From assembly GCF_000027125.1 (NCBI RefSeq), contig NC_017626.1: a DNA stretch of 64,000 bases. One strand, 5' to 3'. This DNA is from Escherichia coli 042 (lineage in GTDB: Bacteria; Pseudomonadota; Gammaproteobacteria; Enterobacterales; Enterobacteriaceae). The position numbers were made by a program, and so were the translations under genes. Below, one piece after another: positions 31,793 to 39,992 of this stretch (its first letter is position 1; each line of letters opens with the position of its first letter). The notes beneath the pieces were generated by a model. That model was not told the origin of the DNA. It saw nothing but the letters and a program-made list of their open reading frames with translations, and searched no databases.

Positions 31793-32635
31793 TCAGGCTG
31801 AGAGCACAGAAGGAAAGTACCTGGCTATTATATCGTTAATTCTGTCAATCAGTTCCAGCCTTTTGAAAGTGATGTGTGCAGATCCCTTCTTAAAGTATTT
31901 AATGATGAACATCTCGTCTTCATAGCGCTCTTTACCCTGAACGGACTGGATGTGACCATCCAGACGAATAGTGATGTTTTCCCGGTTGTCGGGGATCGGT
32001 TTGCCGCTGAACAGATGTAGCATTCTTTCCAGGTCGACGAGTCGGTCAGTCTGTTGCCCGGTGATAAGATGAAACCCCCACCGGTCCCACCTCACTAGGT
32101 TGTTGACGATAATTTTACTGCCAAATTTGCAGGGGCAATTGGTTTTGTAATTCCAGTTCAGTCCCCTGAAGACGTTGATCACCCCTCGCTCAAACACCTC
32201 ATCCTTATTCTGGTGTAGTTGTTCAAATGTGCTCAGAATGTTCGCTTCACTGATTTCCGGAAAATTATCGTGCTCCAGTGACCGGTACCATGTATCACGG
32301 GCCTGTGCATCCATTAAGGAAAGCATCCCTGAACGTTGCATCAGGTCACGCCAGATTTCGCGATCGAGATTGCGTGTGATGGCTTTCATTGCGGTTTCCG
32401 GTTTCTCCATCAGCCAGCAGCCGCAGCGAAAATCCTGTTTCATGGCCCAGTCCGGGGCGGCTTTACCGCCAATACTTTCTGTCATTGCTGATATTTCAGC
32501 CAGTTGCCGGATAAGTGTGTCGATTTGCAGCAGTGTACTCTTTCGTACAGCCAGAATGTGGCGGATACTGGTTGAGCAGATAACGTCCGTATGCCCGGTG
32601 ACCACTTCCGGACGGGAGATTGTGATGTCTGACAT
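31793..32635 (-). CDS. Hypothetical protein (280 aa), first gene inside the island; possibly DUF4942-like
   Basis: Long ORF downstream of the yeeW-like gene; family assignment from memory only. Confidence 0.45.
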   Translation of the reverse strand: MSDITISRPEVVTGHTDVICSTSIRHILAVRKSTLLQIDTLIRQLAEISAMTESIGGKAAPDWAMKQDFRCGCWLMEKPETAMKAITRNLDREIWRDLMQRSGMLSLMDAQARDTWYRSLEHDNFPEISEANILSTFEQLHQNKDEVFERGVINVFRGLNWNYKTNCPCKFGSKIIVNNLVRWDRWGFHLITGQQTDRLVDLERMLHLFSGKPIPDNRENITIRLDGHIQSVQGKERYEDEMFIIKYFKKGSAHITFKRLELIDRINDIIARYFPSVLSA

Positions 32636-32719
32636 TATCGGTTTCCCTTTTGGTTTATAAACGAAAACGCCAGCCCTGTTCAGGCTGACGTCAGTGGAAT
32701 GAAGTATGGTGAGTGATAT

Positions 32720-33142
32720 TTACCGGTTCTGGTGCAGAAGCTGCAGATGACGAAGAGTACGGACATCCTCCCGGGCCTGTTCGATACAGGGCAACAGTGC
32801 TACCGAATCCGTTTTATCCTCATCGTTGTCAAAGATAATTCCCGATTCGCAGTCGATATTGTCCTGCAGCCACGCAATGAGGATATCCAGCGCTGTTTCA
32901 GTGGTTAATGGCATCACGCTCTGTATCACTGTATTGTCTTCCGGCAACTGATGAGGGCTGGCAGAAGTCGCCGGTGTTTCGGTAGCGTCACGTTCATTCA
33001 CCACGCGGAGTGAATAACCGTTTTCAGCGACTTTGTTAATCAGTTCAGCGAGCTCAATACCATCGACGTCAACGACAATGCGCCCCATGTTCAGCGCCTG
33101 CGCATTAATGCTGTCGGCTTCCAGCGTCAGGGCCAGTTTCAT
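32720..33142 (-). CDS. YeeW-family protein (140 aa, full length compared with the K-12 fragment)
   Basis: Position immediately downstream of cbtA as in CP4-44; acidic protein. Confidence 0.55.
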   Translation of the reverse strand: MKLALTLEADSINAQALNMGRIVVDVDGIELAELINKVAENGYSLRVVNERDATETPATSASPHQLPEDNTVIQSVMPLTTETALDILIAWLQDNIDCESGIIFDNDEDKTDSVALLPCIEQAREDVRTLRHLQLLHQNR

Positions 33143-33516
33143 TGTTTCGCCCCCGGATGTTTACCCAGGGTAATGTTATTTACCGTTCTGTAGTTGTCGC
33201 GTGTCATCAGGCCGGTTGCCCGGCGTGCCCGGAGAATATCAATGCTGTTGATTAACTGCGACGGGGCTCCTGCGCTGAATCCCGGCTGGTCGGTACGTAC
33301 CAGCGCGTATTTTTCAACGAGAAAGTTCACCGCGTCACACAGTGAAATCCCTGCCTCAATATGCTGCTCAATCACACGTTCATCAGCGAACGGTGTGTCA
33401 TTCAGCGTGAGGCCATAGTGCTGGTCCAGCAGTCGGGTGAGCAGTGTCTGCCAGATGGTGATGGGAGACGGGCAGCCCGATGCCTCCCGTACGTGAGTGT
33501 CGGGTAATGTATTCAT
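33139..33516 (-). CDS. cbtA: CbtA/YeeV-family type IV toxin (cytoskeleton-binding), 124 aa from MNTLPDTHVREASGCPSPITIWQ
   Basis: Sequence recognised; ATG at 33514-33516. The ORF-track start at 33621 is an extension overlapping cbeA. Confidence 0.85.
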   Translation of the reverse strand: MNTLPDTHVREASGCPSPITIWQTLLTRLLDQHYGLTLNDTPFADERVIEQHIEAGISLCDAVNFLVEKYALVRTDQPGFSAGAPSQLINSIDILRARRATGLMTRDNYRTVNNITLGKHPGAKQ

Positions 33517-33562
33517 CTTAAGTTCTCTGTAACAGGTGGTTATAAAGGGGAGATATCCGGTG

Positions 33563-33940
33563 TTATACGGTGGTTGCGGGCGCTGCCGGTGTCGGATAAA
33601 CAGCCAGATAAACGTAACCACAGGAGCCGAGGGTGTCGGCTTCGCAGGTCAGCCCTTTCGCATACAGTGTCACGGTATGCTGATGGCGGGGATTCAGTTC
33701 ACCACTGGTGAGCATGAGCTCCAGTTGTTTCATCAGCAGCGGAAAGGCCTGGTCCAGGTGGTATGCATCTGCATCGCTGAACCGGCCTCTGATACCGGCG
33801 CGGTCGGCAAGGTAATGCAACCGGTTACCCTTCTGCACCAGACGTGCCCCGAAACAGGGCGTCACGGTGCAGGGCAGTCCCCACCAGAGGCGGTCGTGAT
33901 TGTCGTCGGGAGGCGTTGTCCCGGGGAGTGTGTCTGACAC
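33563..33940 (-). CDS. cbeA: CbeA/YeeU-family type IV antitoxin (125 aa)
   Basis: Sequence recognised, immediately upstream of cbtA. Confidence 0.85.
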   Translation of the reverse strand: MSDTLPGTTPPDDNHDRLWWGLPCTVTPCFGARLVQKGNRLHYLADRAGIRGRFSDADAYHLDQAFPLLMKQLELMLTSGELNPRHQHTVTLYAKGLTCEADTLGSCGYVYLAVYPTPAAPATTV

Positions 33941-34019
33941 GATAAAGTCCTCACAGAAAATCGGTTAAGAATGGTCCGGTAGTGGCGATAATTCTGCTCA
34001 TCAGAATTCCCTTCCAGAC

Positions 34020-34241
34020 TCAGTTCAGGGTGACGCTCATCAGCCGGACATACGGACCAAAACTGTCCTTACGGCGTTCTGCAAACACAGCCAGTACACC
34101 GGGAATATCCTGCACTTCACGGCCGGTATATGTATCCGTGCTACCGTGCCAGCGGTATTTACCGGTACAGAACGGAAAAAGACGGGATGCAGGATGCTGA
34201 CGGTGAATACGCATGGCTTCACCACGGGTGATGATTTTCAT
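34020..34241 (-). CDS. YeeT/DUF987-family protein (73 aa)
   Basis: MKIITRGEAMRIH...; CP4-44 yeeT homolog. Confidence 0.85.
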   Translation of the reverse strand: MKIITRGEAMRIHRQHPASRLFPFCTGKYRWHGSTDTYTGREVQDIPGVLAVFAERRKDSFGPYVRLMSVTLN

Positions 34242-34327
34242 GAGAATAGTCCTCCTGAATGTGAAAGTAAGAAACAGCTGAGAAAGAGAAACTGAAGTGA
34301 TATGAAGGTGATTGTGACGGTGACGGG

Positions 34328-34819
34328 TTAAAGCAGACCGTGTTCCGCAAAGGAGAAAACCTGGCTGCCACCGACTATCAGATGGTCCGGTACCCGGATA
34401 TCAACCAGGGCCAGTGCCTGTACCAGACGCTCAGTGATAAGGCGGTCTGCCTTGCTGGGGGGGACTTCACCGGACGGGTGATTGTGCGCCAGCACCACGG
34501 CAGCGGCATTGTGGTACAGGGCGCGTTTAATCACTTCCCGGGGATGGACTTCCGTACGGTTGATGGTGCCGGTGAAGAGGGTTTCACCGGCAATCAGCTG
34601 ATTCTGGTTGTTCAGATACAGCACCCGGAACTCTTCACGCTCCAGTCCCGCCATGTTCAGAATCAGCCATTCCCGTGCCGCATGCGTGGAGGTGAAGGCC
34701 ACGCCGGGTTCATGAAGATGGCGGTCCAGGGTTTTCAGGGCCCGCTGAATGAGGCTGCGCTCGCCGGGTGTCATCTCTCCGGGCAGAAAGGAAAGTTGTT
34801 GCATTGTGCTTCTCTCCAT
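34328..34819 (-). CDS. RadC-like JAB-domain protein (YeeS/YfjY/YkfG family); likely true start at MQQLSFLPGEM (34804)
   Basis: HNHPSG JAMM-like motif; sequence recognised. Confidence 0.85.
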   Translation of the reverse strand: MERSTMQQLSFLPGEMTPGERSLIQRALKTLDRHLHEPGVAFTSTHAAREWLILNMAGLEREEFRVLYLNNQNQLIAGETLFTGTINRTEVHPREVIKRALYHNAAAVVLAHNHPSGEVPPSKADRLITERLVQALALVDIRVPDHLIVGGSQVFSFAEHGLL

Positions 34820-35293
34820 TCAATCGATGATGCGCATAATGGCGCTGCATTCCGGATGCTGCAGGGCGTAATCCCGCAGCCGGTAATAATGGACCGTCAT
34901 GGCATAACACTCCGTACGACAGGCATGATGACTGTACGTCATCAGACAGGCGGCAATGCCGGCGGCTTCCGGGCTCATTTCAGCGCGGTTACCGTTCATG
35001 GCATTGAACAGTACCCAGTTTTCGCCATCATCGTCATCCGGTTCGGGTGCCATAAATGCCCCGCCGTTGTTCAGGGTGTACAGATTCCAGATACCACCGC
35101 AGTAGTTTTCGCAAAGACGGTCCATCCAGCCGAAGACACGGGGCTCCAGGGTCACCCACTGTGGAATGAGGCCAAAGTGCTGCGGCCAGAAACTGATACG
35201 TTGTTCATCAGGGACGAGGCTGGCAACCAGTTGTTGCAGGTCAGTCTCCGGTGCTGAGACCGAAGAGGTGGTGTTCTGAGACAATGTTTTCAT
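34820..35293 (-). CDS. Antirestriction protein, ArdB/KlcA family (YfjX/YafX-like), 157 aa
   Basis: Acidic protein directly upstream of the radC-like gene, as in the CP4 prophages. Confidence 0.7.
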   Translation of the reverse strand: MKTLSQNTTSSVSAPETDLQQLVASLVPDEQRISFWPQHFGLIPQWVTLEPRVFGWMDRLCENYCGGIWNLYTLNNGGAFMAPEPDDDDGENWVLFNAMNGNRAEMSPEAAGIAACLMTYSHHACRTECYAMTVHYYRLRDYALQHPECSAIMRIID

Positions 35294-35594
35294 ATGTGAA
35301 ATCCTTGTAGTGTGAATAAATGCGAGGAAGTAAAGGTCGGGTGGCTGATAACATCACGTTCATCACTGACCGTGAGACCCGGTAATATCAGGGATGAATG
35401 ATATTCGGCTGAAATTCCGGACAGCCGTACGCGTAACCGTTCCGGTCACAGACGGATGGCCTGATGCCATTGCCTGTACTCAGTCTGCACAGACTGATTT
35501 CTCCGGGACGGTAAAGCAGACGGGTATACCAGGCGCACAGGTCATCATCAGAAATGGAACGACATCCCGGCAGCGCCTTCAGGGACAGGCTGCA

Positions 35595-36413
35595 TCAGCG
35601 CAGGCTCTCCAGCAGCGTTTCCGCCATCACCCACAATGCGCGGTTGAGCTTAATATCGGTGTCGATGCTGTGAATGGCACGGGTGTGGATACGTTTTCCT
35701 CTGGCACTGCGACCGGAAATCCCGCCTTTCAGCATATTCTCCTGGATGGTCTGATAAGTACTCCACAGGTCCTTACCGTAATCCTCCCTGCGTCGCGGTG
35801 TCAGAATGTCAGCGGTGGTGACGGGCTGATGTTCGTCACCATAACGGTAAGTCAGTGCCGCCTGTGCCAGCGCCTGGCGTGCCGGTGGCGGCAGAATCAG
35901 CGACTGCATGGCATCACGCTTTTCCTCAATCCGGTCAAAAACCCCCACCACCTCGTAAGCCCCTTCAATGACTCTGTCCACCACATTTCCCCGGTGCGGA
36001 ACACGCACTTCCCCCAGAGACTGACCACAGACGCATCCGTTCTGGCAGACGAACCTGAAGTAACCCGGCAGCATCTGGTAGCTGGAGGTACCGTCATGAG
36101 AGTTGAGCAGAATAATTTCAGGGAAATGTTCTCCGTTTATCTCTCCGGCCCGCCGCAGACGCAGCATGTGTTTTGTGTATCCCCGGCGGCCCGGGTCGCG
36201 CACACGGGTCTGGCAGGCGAAGAATGGCTGAAAGCCTTCCCGCTGCAGGCTTTCCAGTACGGTGATGGTGGGGATGTACGTATAGTTCTGGCTTCGGGAC
36301 GTGTGTTTATCTTCCCCGAAAATCCCCGGCACATAGTGCATCAGTTCTTCGTGTGTCAGCGGACGGTCACGGCGTATCTGGTTCGCATAACCAAAACGAC
36401 TGGCTAGTCGCAT
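35595..36413 (-). CDS. DUF932-family protein (YfjQ/YafZ-like), 272 aa
   Basis: Sequence resembles the CP4-57 YfjQ family (MRLASRFG...). Confidence 0.6.
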   Translation of the reverse strand: MRLASRFGYANQIRRDRPLTHEELMHYVPGIFGEDKHTSRSQNYTYIPTITVLESLQREGFQPFFACQTRVRDPGRRGYTKHMLRLRRAGEINGEHFPEIILLNSHDGTSSYQMLPGYFRFVCQNGCVCGQSLGEVRVPHRGNVVDRVIEGAYEVVGVFDRIEEKRDAMQSLILPPPARQALAQAALTYRYGDEHQPVTTADILTPRRREDYGKDLWSTYQTIQENMLKGGISGRSARGKRIHTRAIHSIDTDIKLNRALWVMAETLLESLR

Positions 36414-36512
36414 AATTTGCTCCTTATCGGTGGTTAAGATTTACTGGTGTAATAAATGAAAAAGCCACGTCTCCCGGAGAAGACGCGGCCTGATGGGTGA
36501 AATGAATGACGT

Positions 36513-36746
36513 TTATTGTCTGAGAAGACCGTCACTGGCGAGCCGCGTATTAAGCACCTTTCCGGCATCGGGTTCAGAATTCCGGCAGCGCCAGCGTCGC
36601 TGACCTTCCGCGTTGCGGATAACCCGACGGAAATGCATTCCCGGGTCATCCTGGATAAACACATTGCGGTAAGCTGTTATGACAGCAACCGCCTGCCCGT
36701 ATGAGAAAGATCCTTCAGCCAGGACATACTCTGTGTAACCCGGCAT
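36513..36746 (-). CDS. DUF905-family small protein (YkfF/YfjV-like), about 77 aa
   Basis: Resembles the CP4-6 YkfF family. A 76-aa ORF in another frame (36434..36664) was rejected. Confidence 0.6.
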   Translation of the reverse strand: MPGYTEYVLAEGSFSYGQAVAVITAYRNVFIQDDPGMHFRRVIRNAEGQRRWRCRNSEPDAGKVLNTRLASDGLLRQ

Positions 36747-36824
36747 ATCTGTTTTCTCCTGATAAATAAAAAGCCTCTGCCACGCGTTGTGACAGAGGCT
36801 GAAGCATGAAACTGACTTCAGGGA

Positions 36825-37280
36825 TCAGTTAACGTTTTTTCCGGAAACGGTAATTAGCAGTGGATGGTAGTCCTGGGGATCGAAAACCGATAACGGCAGA
36901 CTGACACGATGGCCGTTACTTTCTTCAGTTGCTTTAATGATTTCGGTTGTGGCGACATTTTCCACGCACTCCGTTTCCAGAAATGCGTCTGTGGTTCGCG
37001 TGGCATTACTGTCACCAAAAGCTTCCGTTTCCATTTTTCTGGTCACCAGCGTCTGACCATATTTGTCTTTGAGTTGCAGAGTGATGGTGAGGGGGCCAAA
37101 CCCTTCATCGTTTCCGCCATTATCCAGCCGGAACTGGTAAGCACAAATATTTCCCGGGAGCCATATCGTATCTGTATTGCGTATACTGATGTAACGTTGA
37201 TCCTGTGCCCGGAGTGGGGCAGACCACGTTAACCCCAGAATGAAGGCGGTAATCATGCAGGTTTTGAACAGGTGAATCAT
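36825..37280 (-). CDS. Hypothetical secreted protein with N-terminal signal peptide (151 aa)
   Basis: Hydrophobic N-terminus ending ...APLRAQ (likely SPase I site); no family recognised. Confidence 0.5.
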   Translation of the reverse strand: MIHLFKTCMITAFILGLTWSAPLRAQDQRYISIRNTDTIWLPGNICAYQFRLDNGGNDEGFGPLTITLQLKDKYGQTLVTRKMETEAFGDSNATRTTDAFLETECVENVATTEIIKATEESNGHRVSLPLSVFDPQDYHPLLITVSGKNVN

Positions 37281-37355
37281 GGTATTTACCTCTCTGAATC
37301 ATGACGATGACACTGACAAGTCAGGTGATAAAACGTAAAAGGTGCAGAATACTCG

Positions 37356-39878
37356 TTATGCCGGTAACTCCGGGGGTAATGCTTCTTCCAGCCGGTTAAC
37401 CATATTGCCGAGATGGGATGCATCATATTCCATGACGGGGCGTTGCCTGATGATACTGACCACCAGTGGTTTGATTAACATATTGGTCGCGGCCCGTTGT
37501 TGTATACCGGCGGCGAAAATGATCTCCAGAGCATTCTGATCGATAACACGGGCCAGATTCGCGTTCAGATTTTCTGTTTCATGTCCGGTCAGCAGGAAAC
37601 TGCCGGCAAGCCATGTCACCTGTTCCTGAATCATTGCCAGAATTTTGACGCGATCTTCTTCAACCAGCGCTCCGGCAATTTTTCCTGATACAGCGGAGGC
37701 AATCATTCCCCCCAGAACACCGCCAACCACACGCCCTGTCAGTGCACCAAATGGTCCCAGTGGACTGAACAGTATCCCGCCCGCCACTGACCCGACAGCT
37801 CCACCTGCCACACCGGAAGATGCCACGGCAAGATTCCTGATGAACTGCGTACCGGAGATCCGTCCCCGCAACATTTTGATCATGTCAGGGCCGGTTGTGA
37901 CAGCTACCAGTGCCAGAGATGTCACCAGCGTACCCTTCATCACTTTGTTCAGGGCACTGATATTTCCTGTACCGGTCCCCTTCTGAAGAGCCAGTCGGAC
38001 AGTCGGACTGGCCGTCGAAAAATCAATGTGCTTCAGCATACCCTGAACAACACTGAGCCGGTGAAGTTGCTGGGTTGTGACGTAGACAGCCAGTGTGCGG
38101 GTGAAGGTTTTTCCTGCCTGGACAGCAGCTGTCTGCAGGGCAGCATCGCGATCGCCGGTGCTGAGCCAGAAGACCGATGCCGTCAGGGCAAAACTGATCC
38201 CTCCGGCCGCCAGACTGACAACCGAACCCTCGGCAATATCATAAGTGACCGATTCGATGGTCCCGAACCGGGTGATATTACGGGCCTGGGTATAAGTCAG
38301 ATGTCCCCGACGAATCAGCCGGGACGCTTCTGCGGGATCGGTTACACCAGGTACTTTACCTTCGCGGATCTTATTCCTCATGGTTTCAACAGCGCCGGCA
38401 TACTGATCACGGGGGACTTCCAGTTGCATGGGGCCATGATTTCCCATGTAACGATACTGTCCGTTTTGTCCGTCGAATGCCGCACCGACGCTACGGGCTG
38501 CAGTTGAACAATATTTCGTCTGGATCTCTGTTCCGCTGACCAGTCTGTCTGCTCCATTTCTGGCATTATTATCACCGAGGATCCGTGCGTTTTTCAGACG
38601 GACTCTGTCGACAATATGGTTTCCCCGTTCAGCGGCAAACCCATGTCCCTGCCCTCCGGAAGCAAACATTTTCTCATTTGTACTCCAGGTTTCCGGCAGT
38701 TTCATGAGAATCAGACCATTCGCCGTTGCATCGGAAATAAAACTGTTGTAGGGGCGTTCATAAATTTCCTGACACAGTGTTTCTGTTTCGCGACAAAGAG
38801 AGGAGCAGTACCATTCCGGATCCGGCTTATGATTTTCCGGGGCATGATGTACTTCTGTCAGCCCGCAGGAGGCACAGATACGAAGCTCATCCACGTGATG
38901 GAATGATACAAAACGGCGACCTTCTGAAAAGGGATACCAGTCACCGCCGTCCAGGCAACGATCGAGAAAATCGTCATTCGCTTCCGGTGATAAATTCAGG
39001 CGGTTCCGGAAGAGGGTTTTCAGTTCATCAGGGGTAAATGACAGGCTCTCTCTCAGCTTTTCGTTGAAACCCGCCATGTTTCTTTCATACCAGGCATTGT
39101 CCAGTAGCCAGTTTCCGTCTGCCAGTTCAAATTCCCTCAGTTCTCCCCGGGAAATCCGTTGTGAAATGAGTGTCAGCCAGATGCGCTCCGTCAGCGTTTC
39201 AGGAAGGCTGTAATCGTTTTGCAAACTGCTCAGCCATGATTTACTGTTGAGCACCGGTTGTTCTTCCAGTGTCTGGCTGATGGCACTGGTCAGTCTTTTC
39301 AGCGCCTGGATCTGGCTGGCCGCCCATAGCAGCGTCACTAATGCAGCCAGCCAGTACAACAACCCGCCCCACCACATCAGTGAGGGTGAAATATCGAACT
39401 GCAATGCGATCAATGGTGCGTATGCAGAACACGCCATAAGGAAAAAGGCAGTATAAAAACAGCAGTAATACCCGTTAATTTCCTTGCTGATATCTTCAGG
39501 TGTGAGCCCGTTCTGCTGAATGGTTCTTATCTGCACGGGAAGAGCCAGCAGACCAGCGGCGAGAGCGGTGGTCAGAATAAATTTTACAGAGTCAAAAGTA
39601 TGAGCCTCCAGTGCGATATGTTTACCATCAAGTCCCCACATGAAGCTGATGATCATTCCGGCAATCGTCAGAAATACGCCTGCCAGCCAGCGAATATGGA
39701 ATAACCGGGTTATGCGTTCAGTGATATAGCCAGCCAGTAAAGCCGGACCGAACAGACACAGCAATATGAACCCTGCCAGCGCAGACGCTGTGCTGGTTAA
39801 TGCTCTGAACAAAAGGCGAAGAATGGCAAATCCTGCGATCAGCAGAATCAGCGCGCCGACTATCTGTAACATAGTCAC
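37356..39878 (-). CDS. YeeR-like inner membrane protein (840 aa): N-terminal polytopic domain, central CxxC...CxxxC zinc-ribbon-like motif, C-terminal glycine-zipper-rich segment
   Basis: Positioned immediately downstream of agn43 as yeeR is in CP4-44, but much longer than K-12 YeeR. Confidence 0.6.
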   Translation of the reverse strand: MTMLQIVGALILLIAGFAILRLLFRALTSTASALAGFILLCLFGPALLAGYITERITRLFHIRWLAGVFLTIAGMIISFMWGLDGKHIALEAHTFDSVKFILTTALAAGLLALPVQIRTIQQNGLTPEDISKEINGYYCCFYTAFFLMACSAYAPLIALQFDISPSLMWWGGLLYWLAALVTLLWAASQIQALKRLTSAISQTLEEQPVLNSKSWLSSLQNDYSLPETLTERIWLTLISQRISRGELREFELADGNWLLDNAWYERNMAGFNEKLRESLSFTPDELKTLFRNRLNLSPEANDDFLDRCLDGGDWYPFSEGRRFVSFHHVDELRICASCGLTEVHHAPENHKPDPEWYCSSLCRETETLCQEIYERPYNSFISDATANGLILMKLPETWSTNEKMFASGGQGHGFAAERGNHIVDRVRLKNARILGDNNARNGADRLVSGTEIQTKYCSTAARSVGAAFDGQNGQYRYMGNHGPMQLEVPRDQYAGAVETMRNKIREGKVPGVTDPAEASRLIRRGHLTYTQARNITRFGTIESVTYDIAEGSVVSLAAGGISFALTASVFWLSTGDRDAALQTAAVQAGKTFTRTLAVYVTTQQLHRLSVVQGMLKHIDFSTASPTVRLALQKGTGTGNISALNKVMKGTLVTSLALVAVTTGPDMIKMLRGRISGTQFIRNLAVASSGVAGGAVGSVAGGILFSPLGPFGALTGRVVGGVLGGMIASAVSGKIAGALVEEDRVKILAMIQEQVTWLAGSFLLTGHETENLNANLARVIDQNALEIIFAAGIQQRAATNMLIKPLVVSIIRQRPVMEYDASHLGNMVNRLEEALPPELPA

Positions 39879-39992
39879 TCCGTGATGAATATCATGTTAT
39901 TGTGAATGCCAGTGAATGTGGCACTGAAATGTTTTCCCCCGTCCGGGTCCCGGTCATGATGACCGGAACCACAGAGAGGCAATGCAGAATTA

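Noticed and set aside
34340-35257. 305-aa ORF on the + strand
   Set aside because: Spans the radC-like and antirestriction genes on the opposite strand; the two known minus-strand genes explain the region.
35394-36407. 337-aa ORF on the + strand
   Set aside because: Antisense to the DUF932 gene; rejected in favour of the recognised minus-strand protein.
36434-36664. 76-aa ORF overlapping the DUF905 gene in another frame
   Set aside because: The overlapping 77-aa frame (36513..36746) matches the DUF905 family; this one does not.
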